Source: Micropepsaceae bacterium
GTDB taxonomy: Bacteria; Pseudomonadota; Alphaproteobacteria; Micropepsales; Micropepsaceae
Direction of reading: 5' to 3'
NCBI GenBank assembly: GCA_035577685.1
Contig: DATLVC010000061.1
Span: 1-41,062 of the forward strand
DNA: 41,062 nt
Shown: positions 16,540-26,290 of the stretch, piece by piece
Layout of the letters: every line of letters begins with the position of its first letter
Numbering within the stretch: position 1 is the stretch's first letter
Made by a program: the position numbers and the translations under genes
Notes under the pieces: model-generated
The model's input: only the letters and a program-made list of their open reading frames with translations
Told to the model about the DNA's origin: nothing
Databases searched by the model: none

Positions 16540-17159
16540 TGACTGCGCCCCGGCTGAAAGTCGCTGTGCTCATTTCCGGGCGCGGCAGCAATTTGAAGGC
16601 GCTGATCGAAGCGTGTGCGGATCCCGGCTACCCGGCGCAAATCATGCTGGTGATTTCCAATGCCGCGGATGCGGGCGGCCTGGTTTTTGCGAAAGACGCC
16701 GGCATTCCGACGGCGATTGTGGAGCACAAGCATTTCCCTTCGCGCGACGCCTTCGATGTGGCGATGCAGACGCATTTGGATCAAGCGGGTGCCGAACTGA
16801 TCTGCCTCGCGGGCTTCATGCGCATATTAAGTGACGGTTTCGTGCGCCACTGGGAAGGGCGGATGATCAACATCCATCCCTCGCTGCTGCCGGCCTTCAA
16901 GGGTACGTGCGTGCATGAGCGGGCCATCGCGGCGGGCGTGCGCATCTCCGGCTGCACGGTCCATTATGTGGTTCCCGAATTGGATTCGGGACCGGCCATC
17001 GCGCAAGCCGCCGTTCCGGTGAATCCCGATGACACACCTGACACGCTGGCCGCACGCGTCCTCAAAGAGGAGCATCGTCTTTATCCCGAAGCGCTGAAAC
17101 TGGTGGCGGAAGGAAAAGTGCGACTCCAGGACGGACGCGCGCAATTCGCCCCGTTCTAG
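16539..17159 (+). CDS. purN: Phosphoribosylglycinamide formyltransferase
   Basis: Motifs 'VAVLISGRGSNLKALI', 'INIHPSLLP.FKG' and 'GCTVHYV..ELDSGP' are present. The ATG overlaps the purM stop (TGATG). Confidence 0.95.
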   Translation: MTAPRLKVAVLISGRGSNLKALIEACADPGYPAQIMLVISNAADAGGLVFAKDAGIPTAIVEHKHFPSRDAFDVAMQTHLDQAGAELICLAGFMRILSDGFVRHWEGRMINIHPSLLPAFKGTCVHERAIAAGVRISGCTVHYVVPELDSGPAIAQAAVPVNPDDTPDTLAARVLKEEHRLYPEALKLVAEGKVRLQDGRAQFAPF

Positions 17160-17190
17160 AAACGCGCCTTGGCGGATACCCGGCCTCGTA

Positions 17191-17613
17191 TCAGCCGGTG
17201 ATTTCGAGATCGCTGAAGAAGAAGCGGATCTCATTGGCCGCCGTCTCCGGCGCGTCGGAGCCGTGCACCGAATTGGCCTCGATGTTCTCGGCGAAATCCT
17301 TGCGGATGGTTCCCGGCGCCGCCTTGGTGGGATCGGTGGCCCCCATCACTTCGCGGTTCTTCAGGACGGCGCCTTCGCCCTCCAGCACCTGGACCACGAC
17401 CGGGCCCGAGGTCATGAAGGTGACCAGCCCGTTGAAGAACGGCCGCGCCTTGTGCACGGCGTAAAACGCCTCGGCCGCATCACGCGAAAGCCGCATCCGC
17501 TTCTGGGCTACGACCCGAAGGCCGGCCTTCTCGAACCGGTCGACGATGGCACCGGTAAGGTTGCGCCGTGTTGCATCCGGCTTGATGATGGAAAGCGTGC
17601 GCTCGACGGCCAT
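17191..17613 (-). CDS. ndk: Nucleoside-diphosphate kinase
   Basis: 140 aa with '[11 protein letters not shown]', '[10 protein letters not shown]', 'NSVHGSD' and an active-site His. Confidence 0.97.
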   Translation of the reverse strand: MAVERTLSIIKPDATRRNLTGAIVDRFEKAGLRVVAQKRMRLSRDAAEAFYAVHKARPFFNGLVTFMTSGPVVVQVLEGEGAVLKNREVMGATDPTKAAPGTIRKDFAENIEANSVHGSDAPETAANEIRFFFSDLEITG

Positions 17614-17735
17614 GACCCACTCCTGTTGAATTGCGCGCCTTATAGCGGCGGGGTCGCGCGGACCGCAAGCTTTGCGTCGCGCGGCGCTTTTGCCTATGAC
17701 CGGGGAGCCGAAAGCAGCTTCAAAGGTTCACCCCA

Positions 17736-18716
17736 ATGTCACAACTCAACCTTTCCGTCGCCATCGGGGACTATGACCGCAACCGGCCGCTGATCGATGG
17801 GGCCGTCCGAATCGACGGCGTCGATCCCGTATTCATGAAGCTGGTGCCGGAGGAGATATTCTTCCGCGCCTTCCGGACCCAGGATTTCGATATTTGCGAG
17901 CTGTCGCTGTCGAGCTTCACGCTGAAGACAGCGCTGGGCCAATGCCCCTATGTCGGCATTCCGGCCTTCGTGTCGCGCTGTTTCCGTCACACGTCGATTT
18001 TCGTGCGCACCGACCGCATCAAAAAGCCGGAGGATTTGAAGGGCAAGCGCGTCGGCGTGCCGGAATGGCAGCTGACCGCGAATGTCTGGGCACGTGCCAT
18101 CCTGGAAGATGATTTCGGCATCAAACCGTCCGATATGAAATGGGTCCGCGGAGGGATTTCGGATGCGGCGCGGCCCGAGAAGATTACGGTCAATCTTCCA
18201 CCCGACATCCATATCGAAGACGCGCCCGAGGGCACGACCATTTCCGAACTTCTGTTGAAGGGTGAGATCGACGGCTTCATCGCGCCGCGCGCCCCGGCGG
18301 TGACCGCACCGAACATAGGCTGGCTGTTCCCCGATCCCATGGCGGCGGGAAAGGATTATTACAGGCGCACCGGAATTTTCCCGATCATGCATCTGATCGG
18401 CGTGCGGCGCACCCTGGTGGAGAAACATCCCTGGCTGCCGGCCGCGGTGCTTAAGGCGTTTGAGCAGTCGAAGAAAATGGCGCTGGAACAATTGAGCGAC
18501 GTTGCCGCAACCAAGGTGACGCTGCCCTTCGTGGAAGAGCAGTTGGCAGCGGCCCGCGCGCTGATGGGCGAGGATTTCTGGCCCTACGGAGTCGAACCGA
18601 ACCGCAAAGCGCTGGAGGCATTCCTCAAGCATCACCACAGCCAGGGAATTTCGCCGCGGGTGGTGAAGGTGGAAGAGTTGTTCCACCCCGCAACGCTCGA
18701 GTCGTTCAAGATATAG
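17736..18716 (+). CDS. Periplasmic-binding-protein-fold (NMT1/SsuA-like) protein lacking a signal peptide; family often annotated '4,5-dihydroxyphthalate decarboxylase'
   Basis: The N-terminus 'LNLSVAIGDYDRNRPLIDGAVRIDGVDPVFMKLVPEEIFFRAFR..FDICELSLSS' matches that family from memory. There is no hydrophobic N-terminal leader. Confidence 0.65.
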   Translation: MSQLNLSVAIGDYDRNRPLIDGAVRIDGVDPVFMKLVPEEIFFRAFRTQDFDICELSLSSFTLKTALGQCPYVGIPAFVSRCFRHTSIFVRTDRIKKPEDLKGKRVGVPEWQLTANVWARAILEDDFGIKPSDMKWVRGGISDAARPEKITVNLPPDIHIEDAPEGTTISELLLKGEIDGFIAPRAPAVTAPNIGWLFPDPMAAGKDYYRRTGIFPIMHLIGVRRTLVEKHPWLPAAVLKAFEQSKKMALEQLSDVAATKVTLPFVEEQLAAARALMGEDFWPYGVEPNRKALEAFLKHHHSQGISPRVVKVEELFHPATLESFKI

Positions 18717-18734
18717 AGCCCGCGGTCACGCCTG

Positions 18735-20621
18735 ATGCTCATCATCGACAATGTCACGGTGCGGATCGGCGGCCGCATCATCCTGGACGGCGCGAGCGCG
18801 GCGATTTCCGACGGCCGCAAGGTCGGGTTGATCGGGCGCAATGGCGCAGGCAAAACGACACTGCTGAAGCTGATCCTGGGACAGCGCGAAAGCGAGACCG
18901 GCGGCATCGAAATCAGCAAGAGCTGGCGCGTCGGTGCGGTGGCGCAGGAAGCGCCCGCAGGACCGCAGACCTTGATCGAAACGGTGCTGGCTGCGGATTC
19001 CGAACGCACGGAATTGCTCGCCGCCGTCGAAAAACAAGACGATCCGCTGAAGCTTGGCGAAGTCCATGCGCGGCTGGACGAGATCGGTGCTTACGCCGCG
19101 CCTGCGCGTGCGGCACGGATTCTCGCCGGACTCGGCTTTCCCGAAAGTCAGCAGCACCGGCCCTGTTCGGAATTCTCCGGCGGCTGGCGGATGCGCGTGG
19201 CGTTGGCGGCCATCCTCTTCGCCGCGCCCGATCTGTTGCTGCTGGACGAGCCCACCAACTATCTCGACCTCGAAGGCGCGCTGTGGCTGGAAGATTATCT
19301 CAAACGTTATCGCGGCACGATCGTGCTGGTCAGCCACGACCGCGATCTTCTGAACCGCGCGGTCGATTCCATCCTGCATCTCGAACATGGCAAGCTCACG
19401 CTCTACAGCGGCAATTATGATCGCTTCGTGGAAGCGCGCGAGCAGAAGCGCGCGCTGGACGCCGCGGCGCGTGCGCAACAGGAGGCCGAGCGCAAGCGCA
19501 TCCAGGCTTTCATCGACCGTTTCCGCGCCAAGGCGTCGAAAGCAAGCCAGGCGCAGAGCCGCATGAAATGGCTGGAGAAGATGAAGCCGGTGACTTTGGT
19601 GGTGTCGGACCGGCTCGCCGCCATCACGCTGCCGCAGCCCGAAGCCGTGGCCCCGCCGCTGATTGCGCTCGACCGCGTGTCGGTCGGTTATGCACCGGGC
19701 AAGCCGGTGCTGTCGCATCTCTCGCTGCGGATCGATTCCGATGACCGCATTGCGCTTCTCGGGCAGAACGGCAACGGCAAATCCACGCTGGCGAAACTGA
19801 TGGCGGGACGGCTGAAACCCCTGAGCGGGGAGTTCACCCGTGCCCGCAAACTGGTCACCGGCTATTTCGCGCAGCATCAATTGGACGAATTGGATGCGAC
19901 TAAGACGGCGCTGGAGACCCTATGGGCCCACCGGCCGCTGTTCGACGAAACCACCGCACGCACACGGCTCGGCGGCTTCGGCTTTTCCGGCGAGAAGGCC
20001 GATACGCCGATTACCTCGCTTTCAGGTGGCGAGCGCGCGCGTCTGCTGCTCGCCATTGCGACGCTGGAAAAGCCCAACCTGCTCATTCTCGACGAGCCCA
20101 CCAACCATCTCGACATCGACGCGCGCGAAGAATTGCTGACCGCGCTCAATGAATATGAAGGGGCGGTTGTGCTCATCAGCCATGACCGCCGCCTGATCGA
20201 AGCCTGCGCGGACCGGCTGCTGCTCGTGGCCGAGGGGCGGGTAACGCACTTCGAAGGCGACATGGAGGATTACAAACGCCTGGTGCTGTCGGCGCGGGGC
20301 GGCGCAAACGATTCACCAGTGCGCGAGAGCAAAACCCAATCCAAGGCCGACCAGCGGCGCGAAGCGGCCGACCGGCGCATTGCGCTGAAGCCGCTGAAGG
20401 ATGCGATGGACAAATGGGAGCGCGAAGTGGCGCGGCTGCATGGCGAGATCGAGAAATGCGATGCCGAACTCGCATCCCCCGGCCTGTTCGCGAAAGACCC
20501 GGCGAAAGGCGAGAAACTCTCCAAAGCGCGCGCTGAAGCCGCACGCAAACTCGAAGCCGCCGAGGGCTCTTGGATCGAAGCCGCGGAAACCTACGAAGCC
20601 GCTCAGGCGCAGACGCCCTGA
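18735..20621 (+). CDS. ABC-F family ATPase (two ABC domains, no TM domain; translation-factor type)
   Basis: Two Walker A motifs (GRNGAGKTTL, GQNGNGKSTL), two signatures (FSGGWRMR, LSGGERAR) and two Walker B motifs (LLLDEPTN, LILDEPTN) are present, with a coiled-coil C-terminal tail. Confidence 0.9.
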   Translation: MLIIDNVTVRIGGRIILDGASAAISDGRKVGLIGRNGAGKTTLLKLILGQRESETGGIEISKSWRVGAVAQEAPAGPQTLIETVLAADSERTELLAAVEKQDDPLKLGEVHARLDEIGAYAAPARAARILAGLGFPESQQHRPCSEFSGGWRMRVALAAILFAAPDLLLLDEPTNYLDLEGALWLEDYLKRYRGTIVLVSHDRDLLNRAVDSILHLEHGKLTLYSGNYDRFVEAREQKRALDAAARAQQEAERKRIQAFIDRFRAKASKASQAQSRMKWLEKMKPVTLVVSDRLAAITLPQPEAVAPPLIALDRVSVGYAPGKPVLSHLSLRIDSDDRIALLGQNGNGKSTLAKLMAGRLKPLSGEFTRARKLVTGYFAQHQLDELDATKTALETLWAHRPLFDETTARTRLGGFGFSGEKADTPITSLSGGERARLLLAIATLEKPNLLILDEPTNHLDIDAREELLTALNEYEGAVVLISHDRRLIEACADRLLLVAEGRVTHFEGDMEDYKRLVLSARGGANDSPVRESKTQSKADQRREAADRRIALKPLKDAMDKWEREVARLHGEIEKCDAELASPGLFAKDPAKGEKLSKARAEAARKLEAAEGSWIEAAETYEAAQAQTP

Positions 20622-21838
20622 TCCTTCAACATGTGGCGCATGGGTAGGAATTCCAACGGAAGCTCACCTTGGCACACCGGCTCTGCGACGGTTCTTGCTT
20701 CTGCCTTTCGATGCTCAATGACGAGCACGACCGCAAGCACGAGATCGAGCGACTTTTCGACTTGCGGCGGCAATTCACGACTCAGCACATCGCGCTCCGC
20801 GAGGCCGAGGCGAAGCTGGTGCTCGGCATCGGACGGATTTCTGTGCTGCAGAAAATAGATCGCCCGCACGAGATGAGCGCGCGGGTCGTGGGGAAAGCGA
20901 TCCACCAACTGGGCGGAGCGCGCGATACCGTCATCCTCGCTTTGGGGAAGTTCGCTTTGCGGAATGAGGACCGCTCCCCGCGCCACATAAAGCGATTGAT
21001 AATCGGAATAATGCGCGGCAATCAGAGCGAAGGACAGCGCCGCGGCGAGCGTGCCGGCGATGGCAATGCCCCCCGCCAAACGCTCGAAGGCAGGCCGCGG
21101 CGAGATTTCGGGCCAGGTTTCGCTCAAGGCAAATCCCATGAGCGCGCCCGCGATTGCCCCGCCGATATGGGCGCCATAATCCACCTGCGTTCCTCCGGCA
21201 GCGGTACTCAACGGCAAAAGGGCGGGCAACAGCGACGGCACGAGAAAGCGCAGCGACACTTTGCGCATCTTGCGGCGCAGCTGCCCCGATTCGAAGGTGA
21301 AGCTGCAAACGAACGCCGCAGCCAACAAGCCCACGATTGCACCGGACGCGCCGACCGATATGATTTGCGAGGGGTTAAGGGCGAGCGAGCCCGCGGCTCC
21401 GCCCAATCCTGCGATGACGAACAGGGCCCCGAACCAGGGCGCGCCGACTAGCCGCTCCAGAATGAGCCCGGCGAACAGCAGCGCCAGCGCGTTTCCGAGA
21501 TAATGCGAGAGACTGCCGTGCAGCAGCGGCGCGGTGAAGACACGCCACCATTCGCCGGAGTCCAACACCAACGTCTCGTCCAACCCGCCGAACGCGGTGA
21601 TCGACGCGATATCGGGTGCGCTTCCATGTTCGAAACCGAATGCCACTTCGGCCCAATAAATGAGGCCGAGCCCGGCAATCAGTCCCAACGTCAGAACTGG
21701 CCAGCCGCTATTGCGCGGTGCCGCGACCGGCGCGGAGGGCGTTTCGGCTTCGCTGACCAGGAGAATATCCGGCGTGGGTAAAGCCACGGGCGCCGCGGCC
21801 ACGAGTCTACGCTTCCCAAATGCGGTCGCCGCCTGCAT
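20603..21838 (-). CDS. Rhomboid-family intramembrane serine protease with C-terminal soluble helical (TPR-like) extension
   Basis: Motifs 'WWRVFTAPLLHGSLSHYLGN', catalytic 'GASGAIVG' and 'HIGGAIAGALMG' are present. The C-terminal ~130 aa are non-membrane and helical. The 3' end overlaps the ABC-F 3' end by 19 nt (convergent). Confidence 0.85.
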   Translation of the reverse strand: MQAATAFGKRRLVAAAPVALPTPDILLVSEAETPSAPVAAPRNSGWPVLTLGLIAGLGLIYWAEVAFGFEHGSAPDIASITAFGGLDETLVLDSGEWWRVFTAPLLHGSLSHYLGNALALLFAGLILERLVGAPWFGALFVIAGLGGAAGSLALNPSQIISVGASGAIVGLLAAAFVCSFTFESGQLRRKMRKVSLRFLVPSLLPALLPLSTAAGGTQVDYGAHIGGAIAGALMGFALSETWPEISPRPAFERLAGGIAIAGTLAAALSFALIAAHYSDYQSLYVARGAVLIPQSELPQSEDDGIARSAQLVDRFPHDPRAHLVRAIYFLQHRNPSDAEHQLRLGLAERDVLSRELPPQVEKSLDLVLAVVLVIEHRKAEARTVAEPVCQGELPLEFLPMRHMLKDQGVCA

Positions 21839-21952
21839 GCGTGCGCTCCCAACGCTGCAGACGGTTTAACGCAGAGGCGGCTTCTCAAGCGTGAATGGTC
21901 CCACGCCTTATGCGCGCGTGGTAAAAAAAGAGCTACCGAGCTTCGCAAACGC

Positions 21953-22417
21953 TCAGGCTTGCTTCTCCCATTTGCCGCTGGGACTCTCTTTCCAGTACGT
22001 GACGTCGTGGCCGGCCTCCTTGGCATTGCGCCATGCGGCACGGGCCGCGCTCAACGCCTCCGGATCGCGGCCATCGAACAGCAACACGATGCGCGTGAAT
22101 TCCCGGATCGACGGGGCCGCCCAATCCGAAGGCACCGCACCGCCGACGAGGAACAGCACCTGCGCGCCGTTGGGATTTTCCTCTTCCGTGGTGAGATAGA
22201 TGGGCTGGCGCGATTTGTGTCCTTCCGCCGCGGTGCCGTGCGGAAGGAAATTCTGCTCCGAATAGGTCCAGAGATGGGCGTCGAGAGCTTCCATGCGTTC
22301 GGCGGAACCCACGTGCAATACCGCCCGCCAATCGCGCTCGCGCGTGCGTTCGAGAAGGCCAGGCAGAACATCCTCCAGCGTATGGCGTTCGAGATGGTAG
22401 AAGAGCGTTTCGGACAT
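21953..22417 (-). CDS. holC: DNA polymerase III subunit chi
   Basis: 154 aa. The motifs 'FYHL' and 'LD..LWTY....FLPHG' are characteristic of HolC, and the position next to pepA is conserved. Confidence 0.88.
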   Translation of the reverse strand: MSETLFYHLERHTLEDVLPGLLERTRERDWRAVLHVGSAERMEALDAHLWTYSEQNFLPHGTAAEGHKSRQPIYLTTEEENPNGAQVLFLVGGAVPSDWAAPSIREFTRIVLLFDGRDPEALSAARAAWRNAKEAGHDVTYWKESPSGKWEKQA

Positions 22418-22457
22418 TCCTCACACCCGCGCCAACTTCCCCTCAAGGGGAGGCGAA

Positions 22458-23960
22458 TTAGTTTTCGTAATTGTCCGCCACCAGCCGGTTCAGCACGCGC
22501 ACACCCCAGCCGGTGCCCCAGGAGGGCGCCAGCGGCTTCTGTTCGCCATCCTGCCAGGCGACGCCCGCGATATCGAGATGGGCCCAGGGCACCTTGTTGA
22601 CGAAGCGCTGGAGAATCTGCGCCGCCGTGATCGAGCCCGCATTGGGCCCGCCGATATTCTTCATATCGGCGATCTTCGATTTCACCAGACGATCATAGCC
22701 ATCGCCCAGCGGCAGGCGCCACACCGGCTCGCCTTCGGCGAGACCAGCTTTGGTCAGCCGCTCCGACAACTCGTCATTGTTGCTGAAAAGTCCCGCATGT
22801 TCGGCGCCGAGCGCGACCAGAATCGCGCCCGTCAGCGTCGCGAGGTCGATCATGAAGCGCGGCTTGAAACGCGACTGCGCATACCACAGCACATCCGCCA
22901 GCACGAGCCGACCCTCGGCATCTGTGTTCAGGACCTCGATCGTCTGCCCTGACATCGTTTTGACGATATCGTTCGGGCGCTGCGCCTTGCCGTCGGGCAT
23001 GTTCTCGACAAGCCCGATGAGCCCCACCGCATCGACCTTCGCCTTGCGCTTGGCGAGGGCATGCATGAGTCCCACCACGGCAGCGGCTCCGCCCATGTCA
23101 CCCTTCATGCCCATCATGGAATTGGCAGGCTTTAGCGACAGGCCGCCCGAATCGAAGGACACGCCCTTGCCGATGAAGGCAAGAGGGGCTTTGTCCTTGC
23201 CGGTTCCTTTCGGAGCGCCGTTCCACTGCATCACCACCATGCGGGAATCGAAGGCGCTGCCCTGCCCCACACCCAGAAGCGCGTTCATGCCGAGCTTCTT
23301 CATCGCCGGCACGTCGAACACATCGATTTTAACGCCGAGCTTCTTCAACGCCCGCGTACGCGAGGCAAATTCATCCGGGTAAAGAATATTGGCCGGCTCG
23401 TTCACAAGATCGCGGGCGAGGAATATCCCCTCACCCACGGCGGCGAGACCGGCCCACGCCTTTTTTGCGGCCGCCGTTTCCGAGGTGAGTACGATTACTT
23501 TTTTGACGCTCGGCTTCTCGTCGTCCTTCACCTTGCGGTAGTGATCGAAGCGATAGCTGCGCAGGAAAGCGCCCAAAGCGAGGTGGGCGGCAAGTTCTCC
23601 CTCGTTGAGCTTGGCTTTCTTGGGAAGGTCGATAGCGAAGGTTAGGGTCTCCTCGCCCCCAGATAGGAGCCGCCCCAGGATTTCGGCCGCCAGACGCTCT
23701 GCCGCAGCCGGACCCAACGCATCCGGCTTGCCGAGGCCCGCCAGGACGATGCGCGACGCCTTCACGCCGGCAGGCGCGAGCAATTCCAGGCTTTGCCCGG
23801 TCCGGCCTTTGAAGCGGCTGACAGCCAGCGCGCGCTTGATCGCGCCGCCGGTTGCCTTGTCGGCGTGCACGGCGGCCTCCGTGAGCTCACCACCGTCGAG
23901 AACACCCACCACGAGTGCGCCAGGGCCGCTGGCGCCGGGCGTTGCAAAAGAAATGTCCAT
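22458..23960 (-). CDS. pepA: Leucyl aminopeptidase (M17)
   Basis: Motifs 'VGKGVSFDSGGLSLKP', 'MKGDMGGAA' and 'NTDAEGRLVLAD' are present. The start is taken at ATG 23960 (MDISF...), with TGGAG upstream; the ORF-track start 23969 is a TTG. Confidence 0.92.
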   Translation of the reverse strand: MDISFATPGASGPGALVVGVLDGGELTEAAVHADKATGGAIKRALAVSRFKGRTGQSLELLAPAGVKASRIVLAGLGKPDALGPAAAERLAAEILGRLLSGGEETLTFAIDLPKKAKLNEGELAAHLALGAFLRSYRFDHYRKVKDDEKPSVKKVIVLTSETAAAKKAWAGLAAVGEGIFLARDLVNEPANILYPDEFASRTRALKKLGVKIDVFDVPAMKKLGMNALLGVGQGSAFDSRMVVMQWNGAPKGTGKDKAPLAFIGKGVSFDSGGLSLKPANSMMGMKGDMGGAAAVVGLMHALAKRKAKVDAVGLIGLVENMPDGKAQRPNDIVKTMSGQTIEVLNTDAEGRLVLADVLWYAQSRFKPRFMIDLATLTGAILVALGAEHAGLFSNNDELSERLTKAGLAEGEPVWRLPLGDGYDRLVKSKIADMKNIGGPNAGSITAAQILQRFVNKVPWAHLDIAGVAWQDGEQKPLAPSWGTGWGVRVLNRLVADNYEN

Positions 23961-24071
23961 GAACCGCAATACTCCAAGTCAGGTATCCAATGGCCAGATC
24001 AGATACCAGATACCACGGGTGCCGCGTAATTTTTCCGATACCTCTTCCCGGTTTTCTGGTACCTGAATCCC

Positions 24072-25202
24072 ATGCGGAAGCTTTTTTTCTACATCCTGCG
24101 CCAGATCGTCGGGCCGTTCCTGCTGTTCACGCTGATCTTGACCCTCGTGGTGTGGATGACCCAGTCGCTGCGCATGCTCGACCTCGTGATCAATCGCGGT
24201 CAGTCGGCGGCCATTTTCGCCTATCTCACCATGCTGATTGTGCCGAGCCTGCTCGTCATCATCGCCCCTATCGCCTTCTTCGGGGCAGCGCTCTACGCCC
24301 TCAACAAGCTCAACAATGACAGCGAGCTGGTGGTGATGTGGTCGGCCGGAATCAGCCGGCTCCAGCTCGCCCTGCCGGTGCTTGCCGCCTCCGTGCTGGT
24401 GATGGCGATCACCTATTCCTGCAGCCTCTATCTGATGCCGCTGGGTCAGCGCACGATGAAGGATAAGGTGTTCGATATCCGTGCCGATATCGGCGCCGCC
24501 ATCCTGCGCGAGGGCGCCTTCACGACCCCGAGCGAGGGGCTGACCGTTTTTATCCGCGAGCTGGCTCCGAGCGGGGAGATCCGCGGCATCCTGGTCCATG
24601 ACAACCGCGAGCCGAAACGGCCCGTCACCTATCTCGCCGAATCGGGCGTGCTGGCGCAGACCCAGGAAGGTGCGCGCCTGATTATGCAGAACGGCAACGT
24701 CGAACAGGGCGAAGCCGGCGGCGCGCGGCTCTCAGTGTTGAAATTCGAGCGTTACGTGTTCGATCTCGACCAGTATGCGGGACCGCAGCGCGCCTCGGAC
24801 CGCGATACCAGCGAGCGTTATCTTTCCGAACTCCTTGATCCGCCATTCCCGGCGGGCCAGACGGTTCGGCGCGGCGTCTATCTGGCCGAGGCGCATAACC
24901 GGCTTTCGGCACCGCTTTATTGCATCGCCTTCGCGCTCATTGCCCTTGCCGCAACCGCGAAGGGGCGCATGGCGCGGGCAAGCTACGCGCTCAGACTCTC
25001 CGGGGCCGCGCTGCTGGGAGCAGCCTTGCGCCTCGTGGGCTACGGCACGCAAGGTCTCGCCGCGCGCAAGCCCGAACTTTCCGTGCTGCTTTATCTCCTT
25101 CCGCTTACGGCCAGCGCCATCGCCATCGGGATTCTCAGTGATGTGCCGGTGATTCCCGAAGCTCTCCGCCGGCTCTTCCACCCGGCCGTGGAGCCCGCAT
25201 GA
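24072..25202 (+). CDS. lptF: LPS export ABC transporter permease LptF
   Basis: YjgP/YjgQ-family pattern: N-terminal 'YILRQIVGPFLLFTLIL', a large periplasmic loop and C-terminal TM helices. It is followed by lptG with an ATGA overlap. Confidence 0.9.
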   Translation: MRKLFFYILRQIVGPFLLFTLILTLVVWMTQSLRMLDLVINRGQSAAIFAYLTMLIVPSLLVIIAPIAFFGAALYALNKLNNDSELVVMWSAGISRLQLALPVLAASVLVMAITYSCSLYLMPLGQRTMKDKVFDIRADIGAAILREGAFTTPSEGLTVFIRELAPSGEIRGILVHDNREPKRPVTYLAESGVLAQTQEGARLIMQNGNVEQGEAGGARLSVLKFERYVFDLDQYAGPQRASDRDTSERYLSELLDPPFPAGQTVRRGVYLAEAHNRLSAPLYCIAFALIALAATAKGRMARASYALRLSGAALLGAALRLVGYGTQGLAARKPELSVLLYLLPLTASAIAIGILSDVPVIPEALRRLFHPAVEPA

Positions 25203-26290
25203 ACTGGTCGCTGACGCTGACGAGCTATCTTGCCAAGCGGTTCTTCTTCGCCGTCCTGATGGTGTTCGCGGCCTTCTCGGCGCTGGCGCTTTCGATCGAC
25301 CTTGCCGATCTCTTCAGCCGCACCACCGAGCGGGGTATCCCACCCGAAATGGTGATCAGCATGAGCTTGCTGAAGCTTCCCGACGTCGCGCAGAAGCTGT
25401 TGCCGTTTGCGGTGCTGTTGGGTGCGGTGTTCGCGTTTTCGCGCCTCTCGCGGAACCATGAGTTGGTGGCGACTCGCGCGGCCGGCATATCGGCTTGGCA
25501 ATTCCTGACACCGCCTTTGCTTGTGGCCGTCGCCCTCGGCGTGGTGACGATGACGCTGTTCAATCCGATGGCATCGTCGTTCTTGGCACAATATACGCGG
25601 CTCGAAGCGCGCTACATCCACGGCCAGGCCTCGCAGCTCGCGGTTTCCTCCACCGGTCTGTGGCTGCGCCAAGGCGATGCCTCGCACCAATCGGTTGTCC
25701 ACGCGCTTCGGGTGGCCGATCAGGGTGTGCATTTGGAGGAAGTGATCGTGTTCCTCTATCAGGGACTGGATCACTATGCGGGCCGCATCGATGCGGCTTC
25801 GGCCGATCTTCAGGAAGGGCGCTGGCATCTCACCAATGCCTGGATCAGCGGCCCCGACGGTCTGCCGCAGCATCGCGGGGTCTACGATCTGCCGACCGAA
25901 CTCACGCCCGCCCAGATTCAGGAGAGCTTCGCTTCGCCCGATACGATCTCATTCTGGGAATTGCCGCATTTCATCGCCAATGCCGAGGGGGCGGGCTTTT
26001 CGGCGCTGCGCCACCGTCTTTATTGGTACTCGCTTCTGTCGTTACCGCTGCTCTTCAGTGCGATGGTGTTCATGGCCGCGAGTTTCTCGCTGCGTTTGGC
26101 AAGACTGGGCGGCACACCGCGGCTGATCCTCGCCGCCGTGCTCTCGGGATTCGGAGTCTATTTCCTCGGCGACGTGACCGGCGCGCTGGGCCAATCGGGC
26201 ATACTTCCGACTCCGCTCGCGGCATTGGCACCCGCAGCCGCGGCGAGCCTTCTCGGCATGACATTGCTTTTCCATGAGGAAGACGGGTGA
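25199..26290 (+). CDS. lptG: LPS export ABC transporter permease LptG
   Basis: This is a YjgP/YjgQ-family paralogue. Its start overlaps the lptF stop (ATGA) and its stop overlaps the lptD start (GTGA). Confidence 0.9.
   Translation: MNWSLTLTSYLAKRFFFAVLMVFAAFSALALSIDLADLFSRTTERGIPPEMVISMSLLKLPDVAQKLLPFAVLLGAVFAFSRLSRNHELVATRAAGISAWQFLTPPLLVAVALGVVTMTLFNPMASSFLAQYTRLEARYIHGQASQLAVSSTGLWLRQGDASHQSVVHALRVADQGVHLEEVIVFLYQGLDHYAGRIDAASADLQEGRWHLTNAWISGPDGLPQHRGVYDLPTELTPAQIQESFASPDTISFWELPHFIANAEGAGFSALRHRLYWYSLLSLPLLFSAMVFMAASFSLRLARLGGTPRLILAAVLSGFGVYFLGDVTGALGQSGILPTPLAALAPAAAASLLGMTLLFHEEDG

Noticed and set aside
17739-19880. Minus-strand ORFs 17739..18686 (315 aa) and 18726..19880 (384 aa)
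   Set aside because: They are antisense to the PBP-fold gene and the ABC-F gene, both of which have unambiguous motifs. Their composition is again Arg/His/Gly-rich.
21901-21945. Hairpin CCACGC/GCGTGG and a T7 run (minus strand) downstream of holC
   Set aside because: On the minus strand the T-run precedes the CCACGC hairpin rather than following it. The only stem before the T-run is 4 bp (AGCT/AGCT), too weak to call a terminator.
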